A stretch of DNA of 63,788 bases, filler included, from Stramenopiles sp. TOSAG23-2 (GCA_900128395.1; 9 parts of 9 records of this genome joined end to end with filler, not necessarily neighbours in it); one strand, 5' to 3'. Shown: positions 24,386-36,312, numbered from the whole stretch's first letter. Numbers and translations: made by a program. The notes: generated by a model from the sequence alone, not told the origin.

Positions 24386-26014
24386 ATGAAAAGGCGGCAT
24401 AGTATTACTAAGGCATCGCCAAATAATCAAACGAACGCTATGCCTATACCCGGGCGTATGAAGATTGGAATTGGTAGTAATAGCAACAAACGGCATCATT
24501 GGGCCCCCCCGAGCCCACAAGTGAATGCAAATATGTTGAATACTACTGTGCTCGGCGTGCCAGTGCCACGTATGCATAACAATACCAATGGTTTTAACAA
24601 TAATATTAGTGGTTTTAAATATAATCCAAACATGAACAACAACAACAATTATGATAATAATAATAGTAGTAATAATAACAACAACAACAACGCCTCCTCC
24701 TATACCAAAGGATCTACATCACCAAATGACATGAATATTTCACCATTGCGTTCGAAACGTAAAAATTCACCACAACAGCCAATCAGCATGATGAATCTGA
24801 ATAGCGATAGCAGCGAGAATGGAGAAGAGCATAAAATGGATTTACAACAACAACAACAGCGAAAGCCGCCAAGGCGTACAATTGGTTTGACAGATTTTGA
24901 AAGGATTAGAGTCTTAGGCAAAGGTGCATTTGGTAAGGTTTTGTTGGTTCGAAATAAACGTACTAGGAAAATATATGCACAATTGGTTTGACAGATTTTG
25001 AAAGGATTAGAGTCTTAGGCAAAGGTGCATTTGGTAAGGTTTTGTTGGTTCGAAATAAACGTACTAGGAAAATATATGCAATGAAAATTTTGAAAAAAAA
25101 TCATGTTATAAATAAACGACAGGTTGCCCATACCATGTCGGAACGGCATGTGTTGGGACGCTCTAAGCATCCATTTGTTGTACAAATGCATTGTGCTTTT
25201 CAAACTGTTGATAAATTAATTTTTGTATTAGATTATTGCGCTGGTGGTGACTTGTATTACCATATATCCCGCAATGGACGATTAACGGAACCGCGCTGCC
25301 GTTTCTATGCAGCAGAACTGGCAGAAGCATTGGCTCATTTACATGGACGTGGCGTTGTGTATAGGGATTTGAAACCAGAAAATGTTATGATAACTGCTGA
25401 AGGCCATGTAAAATTAGTTGATTTTGGATTATCAAAGCAAAACGTAAAAAGTGCAGTGGAAGGTGCATCTAGTTACTGTGGCACACCGGAATATTTAGCA
25501 CCAGAAGTGATGCGCGATCAATCCAAAAGGAATTACGGTACTGCCATTGATTGGTGGAGCTTAGGTGCATTGATGTACGAAATGTTGACTGGGTTGCCTC
25601 CATGGTACAGTCGTGATCGAGAAACATTATTTAATGGTATCAAACATGGCGAGTTGACATTTCCATCATATGTATCCATGCAAGCACGTGGTATATTGAA
25701 AGATTTTCTTTGCCGGGATCCACTACGTAGACTTGGTGTACGAGGAAGTATACAACAAATTAGAGAGCATCCATTTTTTGAAAACTTAGATTGGGAGAAA
25801 TTGGTTAAATGCCAATTGATTCCACCTTCTATGCCCATTTTTTGAAAACTTAGATTGGGAGAAATTGGTTAAATGCCAATTGATTCCACCTTCTATGCCG
25901 ATTTCTATGCTGAAAGGAACTGGCCGGCGACTTCAACACAAAGGTCAGGATAAAATGTTACCTAAGCTTGTTAAAGTTGGTGGACCTAAACAAAAAAGTT
26001 TATTACTAGATTAA
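24386..26014 (+). CDS. AGC-family Ser/Thr kinase (S6K/SGK/RAC-like) with Asn-rich N-terminus; frames split by duplications
   Basis: GKGAFGKV, YAMK, YRDLKPEN, DFG, SYCGTPEYLAPE, DWWSLG. Removing a 101-bp duplication (24878/24979) and a 64-bp duplication (25771/25835) gives one ORF ending TAA at 26014. Confidence 0.9.
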
Positions 26015-26149
26015 AAAATTAAATTATAGCCAGCTGAGCCATCCAGTACATGATGTAAATATTTGATAGGTAGATCCATAAAATCCAAAAATGACCAATG
26101 TTAATTGGATGAAAATATCTAGAATATCCGATTTATGGTATTGCCTATA

Positions 26150-26249
26150 NNNNNNNNNNNNNNNNNNNNNNNNNNNNNNNNNNNNNNNNNNNNTTAATTA
26201 ATTAANNNNNNNNNNNNNNNNNNNNNNNNNNNNNNNNNNNNNNNNNNNN
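26150..26249. other. Artificial contig linker (N44-TTAATTAATTAA-N44)
   Basis: Six-frame stop spacer. Identical linkers at 52355-52454, 53989-54088, 55623-55722, 57257-57356, 58890-58989, 60523-60622 and 62156-62255. Confidence 0.97.
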
Positions 26250-26564
26250 AGGGGCAAAGTTATTTTGGTGTTCATAATATGGTTTTCCAATTGTGTTAGA
26301 GGCCGTAAATATTATTCCATAAAAAAAGAAGTAAAACTGAAGTTATAGTAGACGACACACGCCATGATGAACATAATGATACTGCTATGCTAATTTTACA
26401 AATGTGTACAAAACAAACATTATATAGATATAAATACACAATTAGTAAAAACATATATTCATTAACATTCATAAACATAAACATGTATCGATCATCAGAT
26501 TACATTTACCTATTAACCTAGTCCTTTCCCACCATCATCCAACCAACTAATCCATCATCTGTAG

Positions 26565-26744
26565 CGTGAAATAATTAAAACCATTTTAGAAGAGGAAGGA
26601 CAAAATGCTAATTTAGAAGATATAGAAAAATATGAAGATTTTTTTCCAGAAAACGAAATATCTAAGAAGAAGAAGAAGAAAGTGAGTGTCATGCCAATGG
26701 AACATCGTAGTAGTGAGGGAAATGTAAATGATGATGCCGACTAA
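26565..26744 (+). CDS. Probable terminal exon of a gene truncated at the contig start
   Basis: After tctgtag the frame reads REIIKTILEEEGQNANLEDIEKYEDFFPENEISKKKKKKVSVMPMEHRSSEGNVNDDAD*, with coding-like composition. Confidence 0.4.
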   Translation, partial: REIIKTILEEEGQNANLEDIEKYEDFFPENEISKKKKKKVSVMPMEHRSSEGNVNDDAD

Positions 26745-27186
26745 TGTGTAACATATTTTAAAAAATACGAATCGTAAAATATAATACAAAAGTACGAGCC
26801 GACCCTATATATAAAAATATTGGGCCAGTATTTATATTAACTGGGAGCTGGGAGAGAGGAGAACAAGAGAGAGAAAAAGACAGAACACTTTTACACTTTT
26901 AAAATTTTCTTATGTGTGTGTGTACATATCATAAAATAAAAAATATTTTTTTTTAAAAAGACAAAAGCACAATTTTTTAAAATTTTAATTTTATTTATTA
27001 TTCGTACACGAACTTCGTAATATAATATACAACTTCGTAAAAAAGAAGCGAAGAAAGGGGAAGTATTTTCTTGGAAGTTTTTTTTTGGTAAGAAGTATTT
27101 TTAGTTTTTATATTTTTTTGAAAACATGTAAAACACGTGGAATCAATTATGATTCTTCACACACATATATAATTTTATTCCAAAGA

Positions 27187-29007
27187 TTATGGCATGTGTA
27201 AAACATTTTCTAAAAACCATACAAGCACTAAGGATAATGGGTACAAAGCCAATACAGCCCATGCGTCACTCATATAATGGTATTTTTTAAATGAATAAAT
27301 TACCATGATAAATTGGATGAATACAATTACAATAGTTTCTGCACTAAATTCCCAATACAATTGTTTGAAATAAATTAAAGCCATGAATATGCCTAAACAA
27401 AAGGTATTGTTCATACATGCAGCGCCTTGCAATGCCGTTAATGAAGTAGTGATTGTAGTAGAAGTTTTTTTTTGAGCATAATTATACGCTGCAATTAGTT
27501 CACTAGCATTCGATGCTAATGGTGCTAATACGAATGATACGTAGAAGGCACTAATATTCATCCTGTCACCAAATGCGCTGAATACATCGACCATTGGGTC
27601 AGAGAATAGTAATACCATAGCAGTTCCGAGAAACATCATCCATACACTACGAAACAAAACACTACGAGAGAATGCTTTTGGGTCAGATTGTCGCAAATCT
27701 TCTAGATCTTCAGGAATTTCTGGCTCGTCATCATCTTCCTCTTCTCCATCATCATCATCATCATTTCCACCGTCGACTTGTTGTCCTGAATAATTAACAG
27801 ATCCAGCAGTTGAAGCTACTTCTTTACTTTTTGCGACTAAACTGCTGACAACTGGTTGAATTTTATTTAAAAATTCATCGAACTGTACACTGCCATCCCC
27901 ATCAATATCAATCATCAAATACGCTTGATGTAAATCTTCAGAAACAAATTTAATGCCTAAATCTTTCAACATAAAACTCATTTCTTTTTCTGACATTTCA
28001 CCATCTCCATCATTGTCATATTTTTTAAAACACGAACGTAGCATTGTTTCGGTAGCAGGGTTAATATTTGATTTTCCAGAAGATTCCTCCAAAGCTGAAT
28101 AATTACTATTGCTTTCCCGGCCTTGTGGATTGCCACCCGATAAGAATGCTGCTAGTGATACAGAACCGTTTTCAATTGCTTTTTCTTGCAATGCCACTGT
28201 TTTAGCAACATTGGATTCGGAAGAGTGATGTTCACCTTCATCTGCTAATTTTGCTTGAAACCATAAATAAATGCAAAAAAATACTATCGATAAAATTGTT
28301 CCACACAATGCATACCCACTTTCACCTTTGGCTACTTCTTCAGTGTCATCGCCATCGCCTACTAATATAAATGCAGGGATTTGAATCACCAAGTAAATGC
28401 ATGCAGTTGCGAACATGATACGGCCACTTAATATCATATTACGTTGTTTTGGCGCAACACCACTTGTTCCCATAGAACACATTGTATTTGAACTTGATAA
28501 TCGTTTACCACCTTTTTTATATTTTGGTATACCCTTAGTATTTGTATCTACACGCCCTGCTAAAATCGATAAAAACCATGGGATAGTTAGTAACATAATA
28601 GTACTTCCTGCCAATCCTCCAATGCCGACATTTAATTGCTCTTGTGCACCTGGTCCTAAACCACTAAATAATACAATTGCTCCATCTGGAACAGCGCCTA
28701 AAATAGGTAAAACTATCGACCCAACTAATTCACTTGATATATATTCCGGTATCAATAGCAACAATTCACTACCGTCAGATATTAGATTTGACCCTTGATA
28801 TAAAATTATTGCATAAAATATAAATAACCATACTAATTGTACAAAACCGAAGAAATCTTGCGGTAATTCATTAACATCGGGGAATAATCTTGCCAGTACA
28901 AATTCAGCCGGCGGACAAGTACACGTATCTGCAATGATACCATTGATACACTTTGGGTTACTTATAGTATGTACTCCTTGCAGCACACAAGAGGTAATAT
29001 TTGACAT
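27187..29007 (-). CDS. Na+/Ca2+ exchanger-like protein with central EF-hands (NCL/EF-CAX family)
   Basis: LPILGAVPDGAIVLFSG, LAGSTIMLLT, paired EF-hands DNDGDGEMSEKE and DIDGDGSVQFDEF, acidic linker, APLASNASELIA, CMNNTFCLGIF. Confidence 0.9.
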   Translation of the reverse strand: MSNITSCVLQGVHTISNPKCINGIIADTCTCPPAEFVLARLFPDVNELPQDFFGFVQLVWLFIFYAIILYQGSNLISDGSELLLLIPEYISSELVGSIVLPILGAVPDGAIVLFSGLGPGAQEQLNVGIGGLAGSTIMLLTIPWFLSILAGRVDTNTKGIPKYKKGGKRLSSSNTMCSMGTSGVAPKQRNMILSGRIMFATACIYLVIQIPAFILVGDGDDTEEVAKGESGYALCGTILSIVFFCIYLWFQAKLADEGEHHSSESNVAKTVALQEKAIENGSVSLAAFLSGGNPQGRESNSNYSALEESSGKSNINPATETMLRSCFKKYDNDGDGEMSEKEMSFMLKDLGIKFVSEDLHQAYLMIDIDGDGSVQFDEFLNKIQPVVSSLVAKSKEVASTAGSVNYSGQQVDGGNDDDDDGEEEDDDEPEIPEDLEDLRQSDPKAFSRSVLFRSVWMMFLGTAMVLLFSDPMVDVFSAFGDRMNISAFYVSFVLAPLASNASELIAAYNYAQKKTSTTITTSLTALQGAACMNNTFCLGIFMALIYFKQLYWEFSAETIVIVFIQFIMVIYSFKKYHYMSDAWAVLALYPLSLVLVWFLENVLHMP

Positions 29008-29770
29008 AATTATAAAGTATAATTCTCTATTTTTTCTTTCTATTCAATTTTTTATATATTCTAATAAAAAATAATTATCTATATACATGTATATAGATAT
29101 ATATTGCTTTCTTTTATCGCTTTCTTTCCTTGTTGAATTATAGTCACACAACTATATTTTGGATATCTGTATGTATGTATAGATATATATACATTTGTGG
29201 TGGTGGTGAATAATAATATGAATTTGGCACACCACATCAATAATATACTAATGATACAGCAGCACAGCAGGCGGTACACCGCGGTACCTGGTAAAAAGAA
29301 ACTCAATATTCAGGCAAATGGCAACATTGTCAGCCTTTCTGTAGCGGTGATTTTCGGAATTTTTTACTGATGCTACTTGACCTTATAAGAAACGATAAAG
29401 GTCAACTGTGCCACTGTGCCTATGCATCCATGACACTATTATCTATTATTACATTACTAGACAGTATTTACATCTACCTGGGATCTCTTCGTTGTTTTGG
29501 TATTAATATTTTGGTTGATTTTCGTATTTATTATATTATATTATATAAGCGAAAAAATATTAAAAATAATAAACGTTATGCCAACTGGCTAAGAAGTAAA
29601 AGCATCAAACTAAAAAAAAACAGCTTCTTTTTGCACGGAATTATTATTATATTAAACTAATAAAACAATAATAACAATAAATGTAGTGCCTCATACATAC
29701 ATACATACACGCTATCAAACAACATATGATTCTCCATAAGTTTTTCAGCATAATTATTTAAGATACTACC

Positions 29771-31267
29771 ATGTCGGATACAATCCCTGTCTATAGGGAA
29801 GAGTATCTAGCCGTACGCTTTATAGTCGCTATTGAATCATTTATAATATTTACCTTTATTTTGCATAAATTAATTGTACATAGACACCATATACATTATC
29901 ACGCTAAAATGGTACACCATCATACAAAAAAGAAAATACGAGATGTACACTATCACACCAAATTGAATATAGCGAAAGCGAAGACACGTTTCAAAGTTGC
30001 CCGTGCGTTGAGTTCAACGCATGATTTTGATGCTCGCTTAAGATCACCTCCACAACCTAGACGTATACCAGGAACTAATAATAATACAAAAATCGCACCA
30101 GCAGAATTTGATGAAGATGGTAATTTTATTGATAATAATAATAATATGGATGGTATAAATAATGATGCAAGTCCTAAAAAAGCCAATGGTAGTCCAAATA
30201 AAGCAAGTCCAGTAAAAAAAAATAGGAAAAAAATAAAGCCAACTGATCATTCTTGGTATATCGACCCAAAAGAGTTAAAGTTAAAACTAAAAAAGCCAAT
30301 TGCTAAAGGTACGTTCGGAAAAATTTATATTGGAGAGTGGCTGGGCCTTGTCGTTACAGCAAAGGAAATTGAAATTAAAACAGCAATGAACCCAAAAGGC
30401 AAATGCAAAGCAAGTGCTCAAAAGATAACGGAAGAATTTTACAAACTGTCTGAAATACGACACCCTAATATCGTTATATTTTTAGGAGCTTGTATTACTC
30501 CAAAATGTTATGTAGTTATGGAACATTGTGCGCATGGTACATTAAAAAAATGGATGGCAAATCAAGTAAGAGAAAGTAAACGTATAGATATGAGGATTGT
30601 GTTAGATTTTTTATCCGATATTGCACGTGGCGTTCGATATGCACATGAAAAATATAAAATGATGGTTAGAAATTTACAAAGTGCAAAAATTTTCATCGAT
30701 GAGCATTTACAAGCAAAAATCAGCGTGACTTTTGGCATGTCCCATTCATTAAGTGGATTTAAAGATGATGATTATCCCGCATGGAGTGCACCAGAAATTT
30801 TAAGAGGCGATGATTATAATGAAAAAGTCGATGTTTTTAGTTTTTCTATTGTAATGTGGGAGTTATTGACACGCAGCAAACCGTATGATGATGTCGAAGA
30901 GTTGAAGCAATTCAAAAATCCACATGAAGCAATCGCATTTGCAGTTGCAGAACATCATATGAGACCGGAAATACCAGAATGGTGCCCTGAATCATTGCGA
31001 ACCTTGATGGTGCATTGTTGGGCTGACGATAGTTATGCAAGGCCGGATTTTAATGGTATTATACAATATTTAATTCGTATGAAAAATGCAAAAGAAGTTT
31101 TAGAAGCGCATGATGCTAAACATGGCCCTAAAGGTGCAATTAAAAGCATTCATTCCCCTATCAATTACCAAAGCCCACCTGGATCTACTGGTAAGAAACC
31201 AACTTATAAAAAGGGCCCAACAAAAATACCTACTCCAGGTGGATATATTGTATTGCACACATCATGA
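29771..31267 (+). CDS. TKL (Raf/MLK-like) pseudokinase with N-terminal transmembrane helix
   Basis: AKGTFGKIY, RHPNIVIFLGAC, WSAPEIL, DVFSFSIVMWEL, CWADD..ARPDF. The catalytic loop reads VRNLQSAK and the DFG position reads TFG. Confidence 0.85.
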   Translation: MSDTIPVYREEYLAVRFIVAIESFIIFTFILHKLIVHRHHIHYHAKMVHHHTKKKIRDVHYHTKLNIAKAKTRFKVARALSSTHDFDARLRSPPQPRRIPGTNNNTKIAPAEFDEDGNFIDNNNNMDGINNDASPKKANGSPNKASPVKKNRKKIKPTDHSWYIDPKELKLKLKKPIAKGTFGKIYIGEWLGLVVTAKEIEIKTAMNPKGKCKASAQKITEEFYKLSEIRHPNIVIFLGACITPKCYVVMEHCAHGTLKKWMANQVRESKRIDMRIVLDFLSDIARGVRYAHEKYKMMVRNLQSAKIFIDEHLQAKISVTFGMSHSLSGFKDDDYPAWSAPEILRGDDYNEKVDVFSFSIVMWELLTRSKPYDDVEELKQFKNPHEAIAFAVAEHHMRPEIPEWCPESLRTLMVHCWADDSYARPDFNGIIQYLIRMKNAKEVLEAHDAKHGPKGAIKSIHSPINYQSPPGSTGKKPTYKKGPTKIPTPGGYIVLHTS

Positions 31268-31592
31268 GGCATGAGAAGAGAAATATGATTACACAATGGG
31301 GTGTGAAGTAAAGTTTGTTATGATAGTGAAAAATGATTTAAAATGATATATTATATGATGCATATAATGCATATCATACGAACGTATTCATATGATATAT
31401 CACATGATATATGATGGTTAAAATTTAAGTTATAATAATTTTACGCTTCTCGCGTTAAGTAATACCAGGTATGCTCAATACTCAATCGCAAGAATATGAT
31501 ATCATAATCTTTAAAGATGTGATAAAAACAAATATTATGTATTTTTTACACGCTCTTTAAAATTACACAAATTTTACACACTCTCTCTTCTC

Positions 31593-33059
31593 TCACCCAA
31601 TATGCATCATATGTAGTGAATTGCCATTAACTTCGTGTATCTTTTTGACTTTTGACAATTGCTTGTATGCTTCATAATCGTTAAAGGTATTAATGGTTGT
31701 AGGTGACGTTGTCATTGGTGAGCGAATGCCATTGCTCTTCCCTTGCGTAATAATAACTCTCGGTGGACTGAATTCGCTATTAATTGACTTGGGTGTAATT
31801 TCTTCTTCGAAATCATCATCTTCATACGCATCGCCATCAATTTCTTCCTTTACAATAGCATCTATAAGGTCTTCTTCGTCCTGTTGCTGCTGTCTCAATG
31901 TTTTCAGCAGTCGTTCAGATTCTTTCTTTAACAGTATTGGGCTATTGTTTATTGTTCGCATTCGATTATGTCTATTACCACCTTCACGTTTACTATTTTT
32001 ATTAGATGATGGACGGACAGGCATTATAGTATTATCCTTAGTACGATTCGGTGATGTCGATGGTCTGACGGGGGATTCGCTTTCGTGGCCTTTTCGCTTT
32101 ATTAACGGAGCCACGTTCCATCCTTTATGCTCGACACTTAATTTGCACATATAAATAATTTTCTTTTCCATTTCTTTTCTTTCTGCTAGCCAGTCATCTT
32201 TAACATAAAATGGACCTTGATCTTTTAATCTACGCTGAAAATGATAATTATCAACCGATAACACTTCCGCTTCCTTTAACCTTTGTTGTGTGTATGGATT
32301 AGTTTCTGCAGAGTGTTTCATATTTTTACGCTCCATGTTCCATTGTTTAGGAGTATACGTAGGATGCACATGTTTTTCCATACGTTCAGCAGTCACCCGA
32401 TTGTCAAAATCAATGTCTCTTAACACTTTCATACGTTTGTATGTATACGGATTCACAAGTCTTAATTGTTTTTTTTCTAAATAGTTTTCATTATTTTCTA
32501 TTAAGTTAAATGTTGGTTCTGCATTTACTATATTATTTATATTTATAACATTATCGATATCGATTTCTTCTTGTCGTTTCTGTCGCCTTACTGTATATGG
32601 GTTGCATAAAATAGCGCCATTTGTTTTCTTGCGCCACTCTCTCCACTTTTTTCGTTGATATGTCGCTGGTGTTTTTTTCAACCTTCTTCGATAATGATGA
32701 TTATCTAAATTTAACCACTTTTGATATTTTAATCTTGCCGGGCCATTAATAGTTTTAAAATGTCTGTACTTTGCTTCTAAGCGATGATCAACTTGTGACT
32801 TATTAGCAGCTTTCATTCGTTTCTCCAATATTTTATTTTCTGTTTCATGATATTCCCTTTCCATTTTTTCCATTAAACGTTTTTTCCTGTCGACACGACG
32901 TATTATTTTGCCTTTCTTTATATTATACGAGTGAGGTAAAGTTGTATCGATACTACATTTCGTTTTTCTAATGCGATCCCGGCGTTCTTTTTCCTTCCTT
33001 TTCCTTTGCTTCGCCGATACTTTTGGTTCACTGCCATTGCCAAAGCTTCCAGCTGGCAT
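31593..33059 (-). CDS. CFAP97/hemingway-like basic protein with four ~50-aa repeats
   Basis: RIRKTKCSIDTTLP...ETENKILEKRM...TIN..AR....LNLDN...RRL...ATY...W, then repeats NPYT..R.K....I..DN....R.....PTY....W. Confidence 0.65.
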   Translation of the reverse strand: MPAGSFGNGSEPKVSAKQRKRKEKERRDRIRKTKCSIDTTLPHSYNIKKGKIIRRVDRKKRLMEKMEREYHETENKILEKRMKAANKSQVDHRLEAKYRHFKTINGPARLKYQKWLNLDNHHYRRRLKKTPATYQRKKWREWRKKTNGAILCNPYTVRRQKRQEEIDIDNVININNIVNAEPTFNLIENNENYLEKKQLRLVNPYTYKRMKVLRDIDFDNRVTAERMEKHVHPTYTPKQWNMERKNMKHSAETNPYTQQRLKEAEVLSVDNYHFQRRLKDQGPFYVKDDWLAERKEMEKKIIYMCKLSVEHKGWNVAPLIKRKGHESESPVRPSTSPNRTKDNTIMPVRPSSNKNSKREGGNRHNRMRTINNSPILLKKESERLLKTLRQQQQDEEDLIDAIVKEEIDGDAYEDDDFEEEITPKSINSEFSPPRVIITQGKSNGIRSPMTTSPTTINTFNDYEAYKQLSKVKKIHEVNGNSLHMMHIG

Positions 33060-33919
33060 GTTTTGTATAATGATGGGTGTCGTCTTTACGAATAAGAAGA
33101 TATTGGTGGTTAATAATACTGATATTAATGTCAGTAGTATATCAGGAATATATATAGTATTATTTGGTAATATTATTTATAGTTTTTGTTGTTATATTTT
33201 ATTATAGTTCTTCTTTCTTCTTTCTTCTTCTTGTTGTGTTTTTTTAGTTTGCCAGTTTGCTGCTGTTGTTGCCGGTAGTGTTTTGTAGTATTATTATACC
33301 AGGTACAATTGTTTTGCGTGCTGCAATTTTGTGCAGTAATTTTATACGAATTTTGTACTACTCAACAGGAAAATAGGTCAGATTATTTATGTTAACCCGT
33401 AATGCTGTGTGCATGCATTTTCCTGTAGTAGCGTTTCTTTAGTTTTTGGCCGAAAAATGGAGAAACTACAACAGCATAATCTATTTTTAACAAAACCAGC
33501 AGAGAATCGACTTCATTTTTAATCAGTTACACCCTTTCTTATTTTAATACCATCATTATACCATTATACCAGGAATGATATAATAATAAAGAATAATGAA
33601 CAAGAACACAACAAGCTTATAATATAGCAGCAACAAATATCAGATGATATATAATAGCATTAGTATAACTACTATAGTCCAGTAGTAGCTTTATAATAAC
33701 ATATATGTATACTATTAATACATTATTAGTATTACTGACTAAAAGTTTATCATTACTTAATGTGTTTGCGGATGTATAAACATTCGAAAAGTTCATATTG
33801 TTTATTTTCTTAGTTTAAACGATTGTATATATAACTTTATAATCATAGATTATCTATCTATATATATAGTTTTGCATATCACATCACTACAATAAAAAAG
33901 ATAGCTGAAAAATATAATA

Positions 33920-35059
33920 ATGGATGGGCGTGACCCAAAGCAACATGCTAGAGAGGAAAAAGTTAGAATAGGCCGTTTAATGAAAGCAAAAAAATCTATA
34001 GATAATGAGATGCCAAAAGGTTTAAGAAGGGGCAAAGGAGGGAAAGTATTTCGCAAGCGAGATGCAAAGAAAGAGATGAAAATGAAAGCTATGCAAGAAT
34101 ATATGAAAAAAGAGAATATGATATTAAAAAGACGTGTTGCCGATATGGTAAAAGCAGATCAAAAACACCGTGGTGCGCATATTAAATTTAGAAGCGTGAA
34201 TGAAGTTGTGCAAAAGAAAGAAAGGCAAAGGATTAAAAACGATAATGATATATTAAAGCGTAATCTTGCAAATTCAACTGCATTTTACGATGTTAGAGCG
34301 ATAGAACGAGATACCGCGCGTATGAAAAAACAGTGGGAACGAAACCCATTTACAATATTACGAGAAAATAATGCTAAAAAATTGATAGAAGAAAATAAAA
34401 TTAATAGAGAAAGGCTAAAGAAAAATGGTAAAGCTTTTTACAATGTTAGAGAATGGGAAGCGGATGTTAAGCGAATGAAAAATAAATTATTGAAAGCGGA
34501 TCCAACATGGAAAGTCAGGCAGCGTGCTATAAGGCGCGAGAATAAAATAAATGCTCAACGATTTAAAAAAAATTCTCGTGCATATTATAATCCTGCAGAA
34601 TGGGAAGCTGATGTTAAAAAGATGAGAAATAAGATTATCAAAGGTGTTCCACAATGGAAAATAAGACAAGATAGATTAAGACATGAAAACAATGCATTTT
34701 ACAAACGATTAGAGAAAACGAAACCTTTAATTGGTAGCGTAGAAGAATGGGATCGAGACCGAGCGCGGATTGAAGAAAGAATAGTATGGACATGTTCATT
34801 GCGTAGTGGTAGATTAGGTAGAAATGTTGCACCATTATTACAAGATTCTCCAGCGTTACAAAAACGGAATAAACAAAATTCACCTAGAAAAATTAATTCA
34901 CCACGTAGACCACAATCATCCACAACATCTCCCAGAGGTACTTACCGTAGAAAAAGATATGAACAATTTGGTGTTACGCCGAAAAGGCCAAAGCGCCCGG
35001 CTAGCGCCGGTAAAAAGAAACCAAAACGAAAGAATTATATGTTGTTAGGTTATTTGTAA
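33920..35059 (+). CDS. CFAP97/hemingway-like basic protein, divergent paralogue of 31593-33059
   Basis: RLMKAKKSIDNEMP...KENMILKRRV...SVN....KERQRIKNDN.IL..NL...FY. Four EN...R....YN..EWEAD repeats. Shares the C...G.NVAPL and SP.RP.S.SP tail with its neighbour. Confidence 0.65.
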   Translation: MDGRDPKQHAREEKVRIGRLMKAKKSIDNEMPKGLRRGKGGKVFRKRDAKKEMKMKAMQEYMKKENMILKRRVADMVKADQKHRGAHIKFRSVNEVVQKKERQRIKNDNDILKRNLANSTAFYDVRAIERDTARMKKQWERNPFTILRENNAKKLIEENKINRERLKKNGKAFYNVREWEADVKRMKNKLLKADPTWKVRQRAIRRENKINAQRFKKNSRAYYNPAEWEADVKKMRNKIIKGVPQWKIRQDRLRHENNAFYKRLEKTKPLIGSVEEWDRDRARIEERIVWTCSLRSGRLGRNVAPLLQDSPALQKRNKQNSPRKINSPRRPQSSTTSPRGTYRRKRYEQFGVTPKRPKRPASAGKKKPKRKNYMLLGYL

Positions 35060-35487
35060 AAAAAAAATAAAAAGCTGTGATGAATGCCGCCTGGAATGCC
35101 TATCTATCGATAGCTCTATAGTGTGAATCAAAAAATCTGTTTTATGTATACTTATATTGATATTGTTATATACTTCTTCGCATTAATTTCCTATATATAG
35201 TTAGCAGATCATAGCATCATTGAACATAAAACGACCTAAGCGCCTCTAAACTCTTCCAAAAACAACCTTCCTCTCTTGCGTAGCTCGGAGCAATTACGAA
35301 TTTTTATAGCAGCATAGCAATACTATCTAGCAAATGAAAAAATGAAAACAAATATATAATCTCATAAAATAAATATTGATTGAAGTACACATCACCCATT
35401 GTCGATAATACTTTTTTAAGAAACGAAAAGTGTTTTACATTGAAAAGACATTTACATCGAAAAAACATTTACAAAAAACCTACGACT

Positions 35488-35946
35488 ATGCCACAACCAA
35501 CACCAATCATTTCTGCTTGCGAATTTGGACGCAAAGACGATGTCCAACGGCTCATTGAAAATGGCGTTAACATAAATGCTTTGGGGTTCAACGAAGATTT
35601 ACATGACCGCACGGCATTGATGGCGGCGCTCGAATTTCAAGAAGTCGAAATCGCCGTATTGTTATTAGCAGCTGGGGCAGATGTAAACGTTGTCAATAGT
35701 TGTGGATGGACTGCACTACATTTTGCAGCCAGAGGTGACGACAACGTCATTGGTGGTGAGGGGCATTTGGAAGCCTTACGATGTATATTAGCCACACGGG
35801 TTAATGTAAATGCTCTAACTAACGCCAGTGTTGGTGAAACTGCGTTAGATATTATTATCGACAATGTGCAAGGTGGACAAAAAGATCAATTGATCGAGTT
35901 CATCCGTCATTCCGGCGGACGAAGAGCAAGTGAAGGTGTCTTTTAA
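35488..35946 (+). CDS. Small ankyrin-repeat protein
   Basis: ATG at 35488 (MPQPTPIISACEFG). RTALMAA, GADVNVVNSCGWTALHFAA, GETALDI. Confidence 0.85.
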   Translation: MPQPTPIISACEFGRKDDVQRLIENGVNINALGFNEDLHDRTALMAALEFQEVEIAVLLLAAGADVNVVNSCGWTALHFAARGDDNVIGGEGHLEALRCILATRVNVNALTNASVGETALDIIIDNVQGGQKDQLIEFIRHSGGRRASEGVF

Positions 35947-36312
35947 ATTCACGAATAGCAAGAAGCGGCGAGAGTCTTTTTTTATTGACACTGGAAAAAA
36001 ACTTCTTCGGTGTTATAAATATGATAATATGATATTATATATATTGATATTTTAATATTTTATAAAAAAAAGCTTTTTACTTTTTTTTCCCTGTTCTCTG
36101 TTCTTCTTACAAGTCAACGAGTATTCCCTAAATTCATAGCTCGCATATTTTTTTAAAATCGGGGTGTACATGATTTATACTCGTGTATTTTTTTCTCAGG
36201 TTTTTATCTCACCACCTATACTATTAATACTTTCTCCTGTGTTTTTTACTTTTTTTTATCTTTGATTTAAAAAACGACTTTTCGACTCTCCGCAAATGAA
36301 ATATTAATATTT

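Noticed and set aside
12162..25845. Programmed frameshifting or pseudogenisation in CEP131, the ankyrin-ADK gene and the AGC kinase
   Set aside because: Each frame break coincides with an exact tandem duplication whose removal restores the ORF.
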